Shown here: positions 10,176-19,370 of the stretch, piece after piece
Layout: every line of letters begins with the position of its first letter
How positions within the stretch are numbered: the stretch's first letter is position 1
Assembly (NCBI RefSeq): GCF_988243305.1
Contig: NZ_OZ547136.1
Length of the DNA: 64,000 nt
Strand: one strand, 5' to 3'
Made by a program: the position numbers and the translations under genes
The notes under the pieces: generated by a model
The model's input: only the letters and a program-made list of their open reading frames with translations
Databases searched by the model: none
What the model was told of the DNA's origin: nothing

Positions 10176-10254
10176 TTATTGCTCGCAAATTTTTAATAAA
10201 CAAATAGCACAATAAAATACTCGGTATCTATGGTATATACCTAATAAACAAGGG

Positions 10255-11571
10255 CAGGGAAAGATCATCAGAAGTACACTTTTTGTACCAGGGAAAGATC
10301 ACGTAACGCTGCTTTTTTGTACTAAATAATTCGCATTTTATGTTTAAAAATTGAGATATTCCTCATTACCTGAAGCTGTTTTTTATTGAGTATACATGAT
10401 CAAATACTCCTTACATAATTAAGGAGAACACAATGGAACTTAAAAAATTGATGGAACATATTTCTATTATCCCCGATTACAGACAAGCCTGGAAAGTGGA
10501 GCATAAATTGTCGGATATTCTACTGTTGACTATTTGTGCCGTTATTTCTGGTGCAGAAGGCTGGGAAGATATAGAGGATTTTGGGGAAACACATCTCGAT
10601 TTTTTAAAACAATACGGTTATTTTGAAAATGGTATTCCTGTTCACGATACCATCGCCAGAGTTGTATCCTGTATCAGTCCTGCAAAATTTCACGAGTGCT
10701 TTATTAACTGGATGCGAGATTGCCATACTTCAGATGATAAAGACGTCATCACAATTGATGGAAAAACGCTCCGGCACTCTTATGACAAGAGTCGCCGCAG
10801 GGGAGCGATTCATGTCATTAGTGCGTTCTCAACAATGCACAGCCTGGTCATCGGACAGATCAAGACGGATGAGAAATCCAATGAGATTACAGCTATCCCA
10901 GAACTTCTTAACATGCTGGATATTAAAGGAAAAATCATCACAACTGATGCGATGGGTTGCCAGAAAGATATTGCAGAGAAGATACAAAAACAGGGAGGTG
11001 ATTATTTATTCGCTGTAAAAGGAAACCAGGGGCGGCTAAATAAAGCCTTCGAGGAAAAATTTCCGCTGAAAGAATTAAATAATCCAGAGCATGACAGTTA
11101 CGCAATTAGTGAAAAGAGTCACGGCAGAGAAGAAATCCGTCTTCACATTGTTTGCGATGTCCCTGATGAACTTATTGATTTCACGTTTGAATGGAAAGGT
11201 CTGAAGAAATTATGCGTGACAGTCTCCTTTCGGTCAATAATAGCAGAACAAAAGAAAGAGCCAGAAATGACGGTCAGATATTATATCAGTTCTGCTGATT
11301 TAACCGCAGAGAAGTTCGCCACAGCAATCCGAAACCACTGGCACGTGGAGAATAAGCTGCACTGGCGTCTGGACGTGGTAATGAATGAAGACGACTGCAA
11401 AATAAGAAGAGGAAATGCCGCAGAATTATTTTCAGGGATACGGCACATCGCTATTAATATTTTAACGAATGATAAGGTATTCAAGGCAGGGTTAAGATGT
11501 AAGATGCGAAAAGCAGCCATGGACAGAAACTACCTGGCGTCAGTCCTTGCTGGGAGCGGGCTTTCGTAATC
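10255..11571 (+). mobile_element. Intact H-repeat (ISAs1-family) element
   Basis: Left-end leader shared with two other copies; contains full 378 aa transposase ORF; right end abuts vgrG fragment. Confidence 0.8.
10433..11569 (+). CDS. H repeat-associated (ISAs1-family) transposase
   Basis: 378 aa [55 protein letters not shown]..., the conserved H-rpt ORF found with Rhs elements. Confidence 0.85.
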   Translation: MELKKLMEHISIIPDYRQAWKVEHKLSDILLLTICAVISGAEGWEDIEDFGETHLDFLKQYGYFENGIPVHDTIARVVSCISPAKFHECFINWMRDCHTSDDKDVITIDGKTLRHSYDKSRRRGAIHVISAFSTMHSLVIGQIKTDEKSNEITAIPELLNMLDIKGKIITTDAMGCQKDIAEKIQKQGGDYLFAVKGNQGRLNKAFEEKFPLKELNNPEHDSYAISEKSHGREEIRLHIVCDVPDELIDFTFEWKGLKKLCVTVSFRSIIAEQKKEPEMTVRYYISSADLTAEKFATAIRNHWHVENKLHWRLDVVMNEDDCKIRRGNAAELFSGIRHIAINILTNDKVFKAGLRCKMRKAAMDRNYLASVLAGSGLS

Positions 11572-11916
11572 TTGCCCTGGCAGGAGCATAAGACGACGGG
11601 GAACCATGTCAGCCTGGTGGAGGGAAAGCACAGTCTGGAGGTGAAAGGCGATCTGGCGAGGAAGGTGAGTGGCACGCTGGGGATAAAGGTGGACGGGGAT
11701 ATCGTGCTGGAGAGCTGCAGCCGGATAAGCCTGAAGGTGGGCGGTTCGTTTATCGTTATTCAGTCGGGCGGTGTGGATATAGTGGGGCCGAAGATAAATC
11801 TTAATGGTGGGGGGAGTCCGGGGACACCGGTACCGACACTGCAACCCACTGTCCTGAACACTTTAGTCACTAATGATACGGATAGTAATACTGATGATGA
11901 TATCGGTAATGATTAG
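11572..11916 (+). pseudogene. vgrG: vgrG 3' fragment (canonical VgrG C-terminal ~110 aa), orphaned by H-repeat insertion or recombination
   Basis: Translation ...SRISLKVGGSFIVIQSGGVDIVGPKINLNGGGSPGTPVP matches canonical VgrG C-terminus; ORF-track start is a TTG immediately after transposase stop, so no genuine start. Confidence 0.7.
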
Positions 11917-12093
11917 ACCAGAGTGAAGTTCATGTTCTCGTAGCGGGATAATCATTCAGATAAAGATAACGGATGACGGTAGTAATAATAATACAATAAT
12001 ACTGTGATTTTCTGCTTTCTAAGCAGAGATGCTCTGTGAATGAATAATTCATACTCGTTACATGTTTTATAATCTTAATAAGGACTATTGATA

Positions 12094-14166
12094 ATGATAA
12101 TCAGCCCTCCAATATTGCATGCGCATATAGACACTGAAAAAGACTCTGACTGGGTAAACAGAATGATGTCTGTTGATCCAGAGAGAAATTTCCCAATGAA
12201 TAGCGGTCGTTCTTGGCATGGTGGAGTTCATTTGAACGGCAATCTGTCAGAGACTGTTAGGTGTATTGCCGATGGGAAGGTTATTTCAATACGCCAGCCA
12301 GAACCAGCGAAAAATACAGTTCCCCCGTTAAATTATAACGGAGTTACGGATAAAGGCTATGTTCTGATAAAACATGAAACAGAAATCGGTAGTGGAGAAG
12401 AGGGTAAAATCGTCTATTACTCATTATATATGCACCTGAGAAGCATTGACAGTAATGTGCAGCCGGGAAACACGCTATACCGGAAAGAACCGGTTGGTGC
12501 AGCAGGGATGGTGGACGGACAGAACGCCTTTCATTTTCAGATTTTTTGTGATGATGAAAACATTCAGAAAATCACAGGAAGAATATCACCGGAAACAGAC
12601 CTGAATAAAGATGGACGAACTAATGTGGTTTACGGTGATAGTCATTTTTATCTCCCTACCGGAACACCGATTTATGGGGACATGCCGGAAGAAAACTCGC
12701 TTGCGAACAACAGTCCGGTACAAAGAACCAGCGTGCCATTGTATGTCACAATGAGTTTTGATAAAGGCAATTGTACGATGGTGACGCGTCAGCAGCATGA
12801 AGTGCTGAGTGATTCCTATACTGAAGTAGGTTCTCCCTTGATTAATGCTGATGGTAAGGATTATGAATACAATCTCTATTCCTACGCGCTGCAACTCTAT
12901 CCGAAAAGCCCAAGTGCCGGTTATGAGATGCTGCGTTTTGGTCGGGTTGTTAATACAGAATATGAAGAATTAGTCCCGGCGGATGCGCCGCTGTGGAGAA
13001 CAATCAATACGCCACAGGGTAAAGGCGTTGTTAACTTAGGGGCGAGAGATATCAGGGTTTACAGCGACGGTGATTTTCCACACTGGACAGGGTGGAAACT
13101 GGTGAACGATGATGCGGACACCAACAGCCAGTGCAATTCACCAACAATCCTGTGTACAACCCGCAATGACCTAAGTCGGATGATTTGTCATTTTCCGCTA
13201 GAATGGGACAGCGCCACCGTGGAATCACGGTTTGAGTGGCTGAAATCACCCAATGACGTATTGAGTAAGCCGATGACAGAGCCTGACCTGGATTTGCTGA
13301 TAGAACACTGTAAGGCGCTTTGTTTGGTAGAGAATCCGTTACCTGCCAGGCGTGTATGGCATTTTGATCCCAGGCAGTTTATTGCACATTTCAGGAAATG
13401 TGGATGGTTAGGAGAAAATGATATTATAAGTGTGGTAAGACGTTATCAAAATGCTTATCCCATGACATCAGAACTTACAAGACCATTAAGTAAAGACACT
13501 CTAATTGAGCGGATTACTAGCCAAGGACAAAATAGCAGTGGTGAGATGATAAGACCTGCAGGGTTGAAAAATGAACTGTCAAAGTCACTAAGGAAGTACT
13601 TAATTACAACCCCATTGCGGATTGCGCATTATTTCGGTCAGATGGCGAGAGAAACAGGCAGATTTTCGTCTTTTATAGAGAATGGTGATTTGAGTTATTT
13701 TGATATGTATGAGCCAGGAACAGAACAGGGACTTAAGCTTGGAAATAATGTTGTTGGTGATGGTGCAAGATTTAAAGGCAGAGGTACCATACATCTAACT
13801 GGTCGTGAGAATTATAGAAATTATGGAAAGTATAGAAATCCGTCAGATGATGATTTTTTTACTACAGGACCCAATAACCAACTCCCAGTTGAAAATGCCT
13901 ATTTTTCTTGCGATGCCGGGGGATACTTTTGGGCAAGTAAGCAAAAATACATAATGGTAAGCCATCGATTGACACCTAGTGGTAGTTTAGGCGTTAATTA
14001 TTGGGCGGATAAAGGATGTAGTTTGTCACATGCCAGAGAAGTTACACGGCGAATAAACCCAGCAGCAGATGGCTTCGATTTAGTACGTTGGCCAGCATTT
14101 GAGCATTCTTGGTATGTATTGAATGATGAAATAACACCTCCACTTAATTACATAAGGATTGTTTAA
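12094..14166 (+). CDS. Predicted bifunctional peptidoglycan hydrolase effector: N-terminal M23-like peptidase domain, C-terminal GH19/lysozyme-like domain
   Basis: ORF-track start 12088 is TTG; ATG at 12094 has AAGGA RBS ~10 nt upstream (690 aa). N-terminal region aligns by eye to LytM/M23 (HGGVHL...YYSLYMHL...AFHFQIF) with non-canonical metal-ligand positions; C-terminal region carries GH19-like motifs (AHYFGQMARETG...GRGTIHLTGRENY...GGYFWASK). Confidence 0.7.
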   Translation: MIISPPILHAHIDTEKDSDWVNRMMSVDPERNFPMNSGRSWHGGVHLNGNLSETVRCIADGKVISIRQPEPAKNTVPPLNYNGVTDKGYVLIKHETEIGSGEEGKIVYYSLYMHLRSIDSNVQPGNTLYRKEPVGAAGMVDGQNAFHFQIFCDDENIQKITGRISPETDLNKDGRTNVVYGDSHFYLPTGTPIYGDMPEENSLANNSPVQRTSVPLYVTMSFDKGNCTMVTRQQHEVLSDSYTEVGSPLINADGKDYEYNLYSYALQLYPKSPSAGYEMLRFGRVVNTEYEELVPADAPLWRTINTPQGKGVVNLGARDIRVYSDGDFPHWTGWKLVNDDADTNSQCNSPTILCTTRNDLSRMICHFPLEWDSATVESRFEWLKSPNDVLSKPMTEPDLDLLIEHCKALCLVENPLPARRVWHFDPRQFIAHFRKCGWLGENDIISVVRRYQNAYPMTSELTRPLSKDTLIERITSQGQNSSGEMIRPAGLKNELSKSLRKYLITTPLRIAHYFGQMARETGRFSSFIENGDLSYFDMYEPGTEQGLKLGNNVVGDGARFKGRGTIHLTGRENYRNYGKYRNPSDDDFFTTGPNNQLPVENAYFSCDAGGYFWASKQKYIMVSHRLTPSGSLGVNYWADKGCSLSHAREVTRRINPAADGFDLVRWPAFEHSWYVLNDEITPPLNYIRIV

Positions 14167-14170
14167 AACA

Positions 14171-14674
14171 ATGAATTTTAAAAAAACAATAATCACTTCG
14201 GTAGGTTTGATATTTATTTCATTCTCTTTTGTGGCAGAGTGCTCTCAACTCAAAAATTTGAATAATTACTCAGTGATGCTTTGTGGAAAAGTGTCAAGTA
14301 ATATCCTTGATGATATTGGTGGTTATAAAGAAAGAGATAAAAAATCCGAAATGGTAGATTTACTTATATTAATTAGTAATGACGAGCCTATCGGTGTTTC
14401 TGAGACCAAAGTGATTTCTAATGGTAAAATATATTTTAAGGGGGAAAGTACTATGAACTTGGATGCCTCATTCATTATGACAATAAATGGTGGAGTTCAT
14501 ACTGACACTGTCACTTATATATCAAAGAAGAATAAAATTATCGGGGGCTACTTTTATAATAATGAGAGTAAAACTGATAAGCTTAAGGAAGTATATATCT
14601 CAAACACAGGAACTGTATATCATATAAATATTGAAAGTGTCAGCGATGATAAATGTCTTGATAAATTTAAGTAA
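14171..14674 (+). CDS. Candidate periplasmic immunity protein (Sec signal peptide)
   Basis: ORF-track start 14159 is TTG; ATG at 14171 gives MNFKKTIITSVGLIFISFSFVAEC... with hydrophobic signal sequence; 4 nt after effector stop; AT-rich. Confidence 0.5.
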   Translation: MNFKKTIITSVGLIFISFSFVAECSQLKNLNNYSVMLCGKVSSNILDDIGGYKERDKKSEMVDLLILISNDEPIGVSETKVISNGKIYFKGESTMNLDASFIMTINGGVHTDTVTYISKKNKIIGGYFYNNESKTDKLKEVYISNTGTVYHINIESVSDDKCLDKFK

Positions 14675-14944
14675 CGATAAGGCAAGGATGATTGATTGGG
14701 TTTAGTTAAGTTTCGAGAACAAATTTCCGCGGCAGAGAGTATAAATGTAGGGGCAAGAATGCTAAAATCGTGAAGTGCACCACAACTATAATTCCAGTTT
14801 ACTTTGTTTATTTGATTGTAATTTAACCATTAAATGATTAGGTTTTTTAGAAAAGGACGTCTGATGAATGTTTAAATTAATTTTGAATACATTTCAATTA
14901 TTTTGTTGTATGTTGGCAAGGTCAAATAAGACATAATTTAATGG

Positions 14945-15650
14945 CAGGGAAAGATCATCGTAAGTACACTTTTTGTACTAAATAATTTGCATTTTATGTT
15001 TAAAAATTGAGATATTCCTCATCACCTGAAGCTGTTTTTTATTACTTATATATGATCAAATACTCCTTACATAAATAAGGAGAACAAAATGGAACTTAAA
15101 AAATTGATGGAACATATTTCTATTATCCCCGATTACAGACAAGCCTGGAAAGTGGAACATAAATTATCGGATATTCTACTGTTGACTATTTGTGCTGTTA
15201 TTTCTGGTGCAGAAGGATGGGAAGATATAGAGGATTTTGGGGAAACACATCTCGATTTTTTGAAGCAATATTGTGATTTTGATAATGGTATTCCTGTTCA
15301 CGATACCATTGCCAGAGTTGTATCCTGTATCAGTCCTGAAAAATTTCATGAGTGCTTTATTAACTGGATGCTTGACTGCCATTCTTCAGATGATAAAGAC
15401 GTCATTGCAATTGATGGAAAAACGCTCCGGTACTCTTATGACAAGAGTCGTCGCAAGGGAGCGATTCACGTTATTAGTGTGTTCTCAATAATGCACAGTC
15501 AGATTCCTTGGAAGATCAAGACGAATGAAAAAAACAATGAGATTACAGCTGTTTCTGAATTTCTTAACATAATGGGTATTAAAGGAAAAATAATTGCACC
15601 GATCCAATGTGATACCAGAAAGACATCGCTAAGAAGATAGCTATAGACAA
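14945..15650 (+). mobile_element. Truncated H-repeat (ISAs1-family) element, 5' ~700 bp only
   Basis: Same left-end leader as the copy at 10255; transposase ORF frameshifted and truncated (183 aa) relative to the intact copy. Confidence 0.75.
15089..15640 (+). pseudogene. H-repeat transposase, truncated/frameshifted
   Basis: 183 aa, highly similar to residues 1-175 of the intact copy, then diverges and stops. Confidence 0.75.
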
Positions 15651-15713
15651 TTATTACCCTCCGTCAGCCCTTGTTAAGCGAGGAGAGACGTAATCTGTCC
15701 AGTCCCCTAATGC

Positions 15714-16811
15714 TTATAAAGCCCATCGATTTCGCCCACTTTCTTTCGCCCGGTATAACGCAGCGTCGGCATCTGAAATAATTTGTTCAGCCGTTTTTGC
15801 GGGAGCAGAACAGGTAATCCCCTGACTAACCGTAACGAATGCATTAACAGCAGATGCCTGATGTGGGATAGCTGCCAGTTTAAGTTCTTGCTTCACTCTG
15901 GCTGCTACCGTCTTTGCTTCCGGCAATGTTGCATTAAAAAGTATGATGGCAAACTCTTCGCCACCATAACGGACAACAACATCCTCCGACTGGCGAGTTG
16001 AACGCTGTAGAGCGTCGGCAACTTGTATTAGACAACGATCCCCAGCAGGATGCCCGTAAGTGTCGTTGTAACGTTTAAAAAAATCGACATCCAGCATAAT
16101 AAGAGCAAATGACCCGCCGTTATCCATCGCGTCGTGTAAGATACTGTTCATTGCACGTCGGTTTGCTATCCCAGTTAAAGGATCACGATGTGCTAATGCA
16201 TCAAGGCGATTAATTAACTGGTTGTTATAACTGTTTTGTACCCATGCTTCTTCAAACCAACGTAACAAAATGAGTCGCCCACCATATAGCGCCAGTGAAA
16301 AAATACACCATACAACAGCAAAATGAATATTGATCTGTTGATTAAGCATAAGACTCGCTATTGGAGTGGTGAACCATAAGGGAATGACAAATGCGAGCAA
16401 TGATGGGGTATGGAAATAAAGTGCGACAACGCCACTAAGCATTAATAATACACATAGTGGATAAGCAAACTGCAGCGTCCAGTACGCAATAAAGTGATAA
16501 CTACACCATGACCATAGCAGGCTCAGGGCAACTAATAGCACCTGGATAGGTAATGTTTTTTGCCGAGGGATGAGTAGTAAACCACTGCAAATCAGCAGAA
16601 TACCCGTTGCAGATATATCAATAGAATGTATAAGGCTTTTTTCATTTAACCAGGGTGGAGTAAGGTCATTAAACAGAACACGGCGCAGCAAAATTATCAA
16701 TGCAAAACTGACATTGATAAAAGCAAACCATGGCAAACTAATTGTCATGCCGCGGATAACCATATCGCGGCGTGTTTGCCACGAGTGATGCGTTTTTCTT
16801 CTTTCAGCCAT
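15714..16811 (-). CDS. Membrane-anchored diguanylate cyclase (GGDEF domain)
   Basis: 365 aa; N-terminal multi-TM region; C-terminal GGDEF domain with RYGGEEF active-site motif and conserved DVDFFKRYND...GH.AGD pattern; absent from this position in K-12. Confidence 0.85.
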   Translation of the reverse strand: MAERRKTHHSWQTRRDMVIRGMTISLPWFAFINVSFALIILLRRVLFNDLTPPWLNEKSLIHSIDISATGILLICSGLLLIPRQKTLPIQVLLVALSLLWSWCSYHFIAYWTLQFAYPLCVLLMLSGVVALYFHTPSLLAFVIPLWFTTPIASLMLNQQINIHFAVVWCIFSLALYGGRLILLRWFEEAWVQNSYNNQLINRLDALAHRDPLTGIANRRAMNSILHDAMDNGGSFALIMLDVDFFKRYNDTYGHPAGDRCLIQVADALQRSTRQSEDVVVRYGGEEFAIILFNATLPEAKTVAARVKQELKLAAIPHQASAVNAFVTVSQGITCSAPAKTAEQIISDADAALYRAKESGRNRWAL

Positions 16812-16857
16812 TTTTTAGCCAAATAAGGGCAGGAGACCTGCCCGATACAGAGTAAAA

Positions 16858-18834
16858 TTATGGTGTCACTATATTGAACCAAAATTCAAAATTATCCATA
16901 TAACCTAACAGCTCGTTGAGCTTTTCCGCATTGCCGGTAATTTTGACATCACCTTTGTCCGTGGCTTCTTTCAGCGTCTCTTCTTTCAGTACAATTTTGT
17001 TCAATACATCACGAGATAGAGAGATAGTGGCATCAGCCTCCGAAGCCTCTACACCAGCGGTATGATTGAGAACACCATTTTCAAGCTCTACCTTATAGGT
17101 GCCGCCATCTTCACCAAAATCGAAATTCAACACGGCTTTGGCATCTGCCGCTTTCTCACCATTAATATGGACGGCAAGATAATCAAAGAACATTTCTGGC
17201 GTCATTGCACGCACAGTGTCAGGGCTGGCAGTATTTGGTGTTGGTAATTTTTGTACGCCGTTACGCAATTCCTGTGCACCAGTGAGATAGAAATTACGCC
17301 ACGGCCCAGATTCAGCCTGATAGCCTAACTGCTCAAGCGCATCAGCTTCCAGATTTCTCGCTGCCTGGTTGTTTGGATCCGCAAACACCACCTTACTAAC
17401 AACTTGGGCAACCCAGCGGAAATTACCCTGGTCATAATCCTGTTTGGCTTTCTGTAAAATGGCATCAGCACCGCCCATATACTCGACGAATTTTTTTGCG
17501 CCTTCTTCTGGCGGTAGTTCATCAAGCGTCGCGGGGTTACCATCAAACCAGCCGAGATAAAGCACGTAAGTTGCTTTCACGTCATGACTTACCGAACCGT
17601 AATAGCCGCGATTCGCCCAGGTGTTAGCCAGTGAAGAGGGCAGTTTAAAGTTTGCGGCAATTTCATCACGGGTCATCCCTTGATTAGCCATGCGCAGAGT
17701 TTGATCATTGATGTAACGATACAAATCACGCTGGCTTTTAAGCAGTTTGACCACGTTATCGTTGCCCCAGGTTGGCCAGTGATGTTGAGCGAGAATAATC
17801 TCGGCTTTATCACCCCACAAATTGAGAGCTTCATTAATATATTTTGACCACGGCAGCGGTTGGCGAATTTTAGCCCCACGCAGCGAATAGGTGTTATGAA
17901 GGGTGTGCGTGACATCTTCAGCGGTTTCGATCAGTTTCTTTTCTTCAATAAACCACAGCATTTCAGAAGGCGCTTCAGAACCTGGCGCCATCAGGAAATC
18001 ATAAGTCAACCCGTCAATAGTTTCTTTTTGTCCGGTTTTGGTGATGTAGTTAGTAGGAGCAATCAACGTGACTGTTCCTGCTGAAGTAGTCGTTCCCAGT
18101 CCAGCCCCCACCTGGCCTTTAACATCAGGTTTCAATAAGTTGCCATACATATAACTGGCTCGTCGGCTCATCACATTGCCAGCCATAATATTTTCGGAAA
18201 CGGCTTCCTCCAAAAATCCGGCTGGCGCATAGATTTTAACTTTGCCTGATTTAACGTCAGCTTCATCAATTACGCCACGAACACCACCGTAGTGATCGAC
18301 ATGACTGTGTGTATAGATAACCGCCACTACCGGTTTTTTGCCGCGATTTTTGTAATAGAGATCCATACCCACTTTGGCTGTTTCTGCTGAAACAAGGGGA
18401 TCAACGACGGTAATACCCTCTTTGCCTTCAATGATGGTCATATTTGATAGATCGAGATTGCGAATCTGATAGACACCTTCAGTTACTTCGAATAACCCGC
18501 TGATATTTATCAGTTGCGCCTGACGCCATAAACTCGGATTCACCGTATCAGGGGCTTTATCGCCTTCTTTGATAAAAGCGTAATGTTGTGGATCCCAGAT
18601 AACATTCCCTTGTTCGCCCTTAATCACGTCTTGAGGGATAGGGGCAATAAAACCTTTATGGGCATCAGTAAAGTCAGTGTTATCGGCAAACGGCAACTGG
18701 TTGGAGAGTAAATTGTTTGCTTGTTGCGTGGCTGCGGTGGCGTCTTTAGGAGCTTCCGCCGCGAGGAGAGGTAAAGAACTGGTGGTGAATAATCCCGTTA
18801 TTAGCAGACTTTTAACGATATGATTAAGCTGCAT
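16858..18834 (-). CDS. Secreted alkyl/aryl sulfatase, metallo-beta-lactamase fold (YjcS/SdsA1/BDS1-like)
   Basis: 658 aa; signal peptide MQLNHIVKSLLITGLFTTSSLPLLAAEAP; MBL motif THSHVDHYGG; C-terminal SCP2-like dimerisation region typical of the family; not at this locus in K-12. Confidence 0.8.
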   Translation of the reverse strand: MQLNHIVKSLLITGLFTTSSLPLLAAEAPKDATAATQQANNLLSNQLPFADNTDFTDAHKGFIAPIPQDVIKGEQGNVIWDPQHYAFIKEGDKAPDTVNPSLWRQAQLINISGLFEVTEGVYQIRNLDLSNMTIIEGKEGITVVDPLVSAETAKVGMDLYYKNRGKKPVVAVIYTHSHVDHYGGVRGVIDEADVKSGKVKIYAPAGFLEEAVSENIMAGNVMSRRASYMYGNLLKPDVKGQVGAGLGTTTSAGTVTLIAPTNYITKTGQKETIDGLTYDFLMAPGSEAPSEMLWFIEEKKLIETAEDVTHTLHNTYSLRGAKIRQPLPWSKYINEALNLWGDKAEIILAQHHWPTWGNDNVVKLLKSQRDLYRYINDQTLRMANQGMTRDEIAANFKLPSSLANTWANRGYYGSVSHDVKATYVLYLGWFDGNPATLDELPPEEGAKKFVEYMGGADAILQKAKQDYDQGNFRWVAQVVSKVVFADPNNQAARNLEADALEQLGYQAESGPWRNFYLTGAQELRNGVQKLPTPNTASPDTVRAMTPEMFFDYLAVHINGEKAADAKAVLNFDFGEDGGTYKVELENGVLNHTAGVEASEADATISLSRDVLNKIVLKEETLKEATDKGDVKITGNAEKLNELLGYMDNFEFWFNIVTP

Positions 18835-19139
18835 CTTAAGCGTCTCCAGAATGGATTTTTATTGGGGGTAATTACGGATGAAAATTTTTAGTGAGGGCAA
18901 GAATAACTATAATGGGCGTTAACAAATTGGCAAGCCGGGAAATTGATGTTTTCTTAATGGCATGTTGGCGAAGAATATATTCTGCAAGTTAACGTTTTCA
19001 TTGGCGCTTTATTTAAAAGTGTGTAGTACAAATATGTACAATTTCAAGTAGGCATTATTGCCGTAAAAACGCATTACCGGACACACGACATTCACAACGT
19101 GTGTTAATTTTACTGACATCTTTCAAAAGGAGCACAATC

Positions 19140-19367
19140 ATGCCGCACATAGACATTAAATGTTTTCCGCGTGAACTGGACGAACAACAAAAAGCAGCAC
19201 TTGCTGCAGATATTACCGACGTTATTATTCGCCATCTGAACAGTAAAGATAGCTCGATAAGCATTTCTCTACAGCAGATTCAACCAGAATCTTGGCAAGC
19301 TATCTGGGATGCCGAAATCGCGCCCCAAATGGAGGCTTTGATAAAGAAACCCGGTTACAGCATGTAA
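19140..19367 (+). CDS. pptA: 4-oxalocrotonate tautomerase-family protein
   Basis: ORF track starts at upstream in-frame codon; recognised PptA begins [22 protein letters not shown] (75 aa) with catalytic Pro2. Confidence 0.85.
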   Translation: MPHIDIKCFPRELDEQQKAALAADITDVIIRHLNSKDSSISISLQQIQPESWQAIWDAEIAPQMEALIKKPGYSM

Positions 19368-19370
19368 TGC

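Noticed and set aside
10623-11018. 131-aa alternative-frame ORF inside the H-repeat transposase gene, and its counterpart at 15273-15491
   Set aside because: Embedded out of frame in the conserved transposase ORF; no evidence for an overlapping gene.
12088-14166. ORF-track starts at 12088 (effector) and 14159 (immunity)
   Set aside because: Both are TTG codons translated as M by the ORF finder; nearby ATG codons with better RBS spacing (12094 and 14171) are preferred.
5000-15700. Complete T6SS gene cluster
   Set aside because: Only PAAR, vgrG, adaptor, effectors and immunity genes are present; no tssB/C, hcp, clpV, tssJ/L/M homologs, so this is an orphan or auxiliary island.
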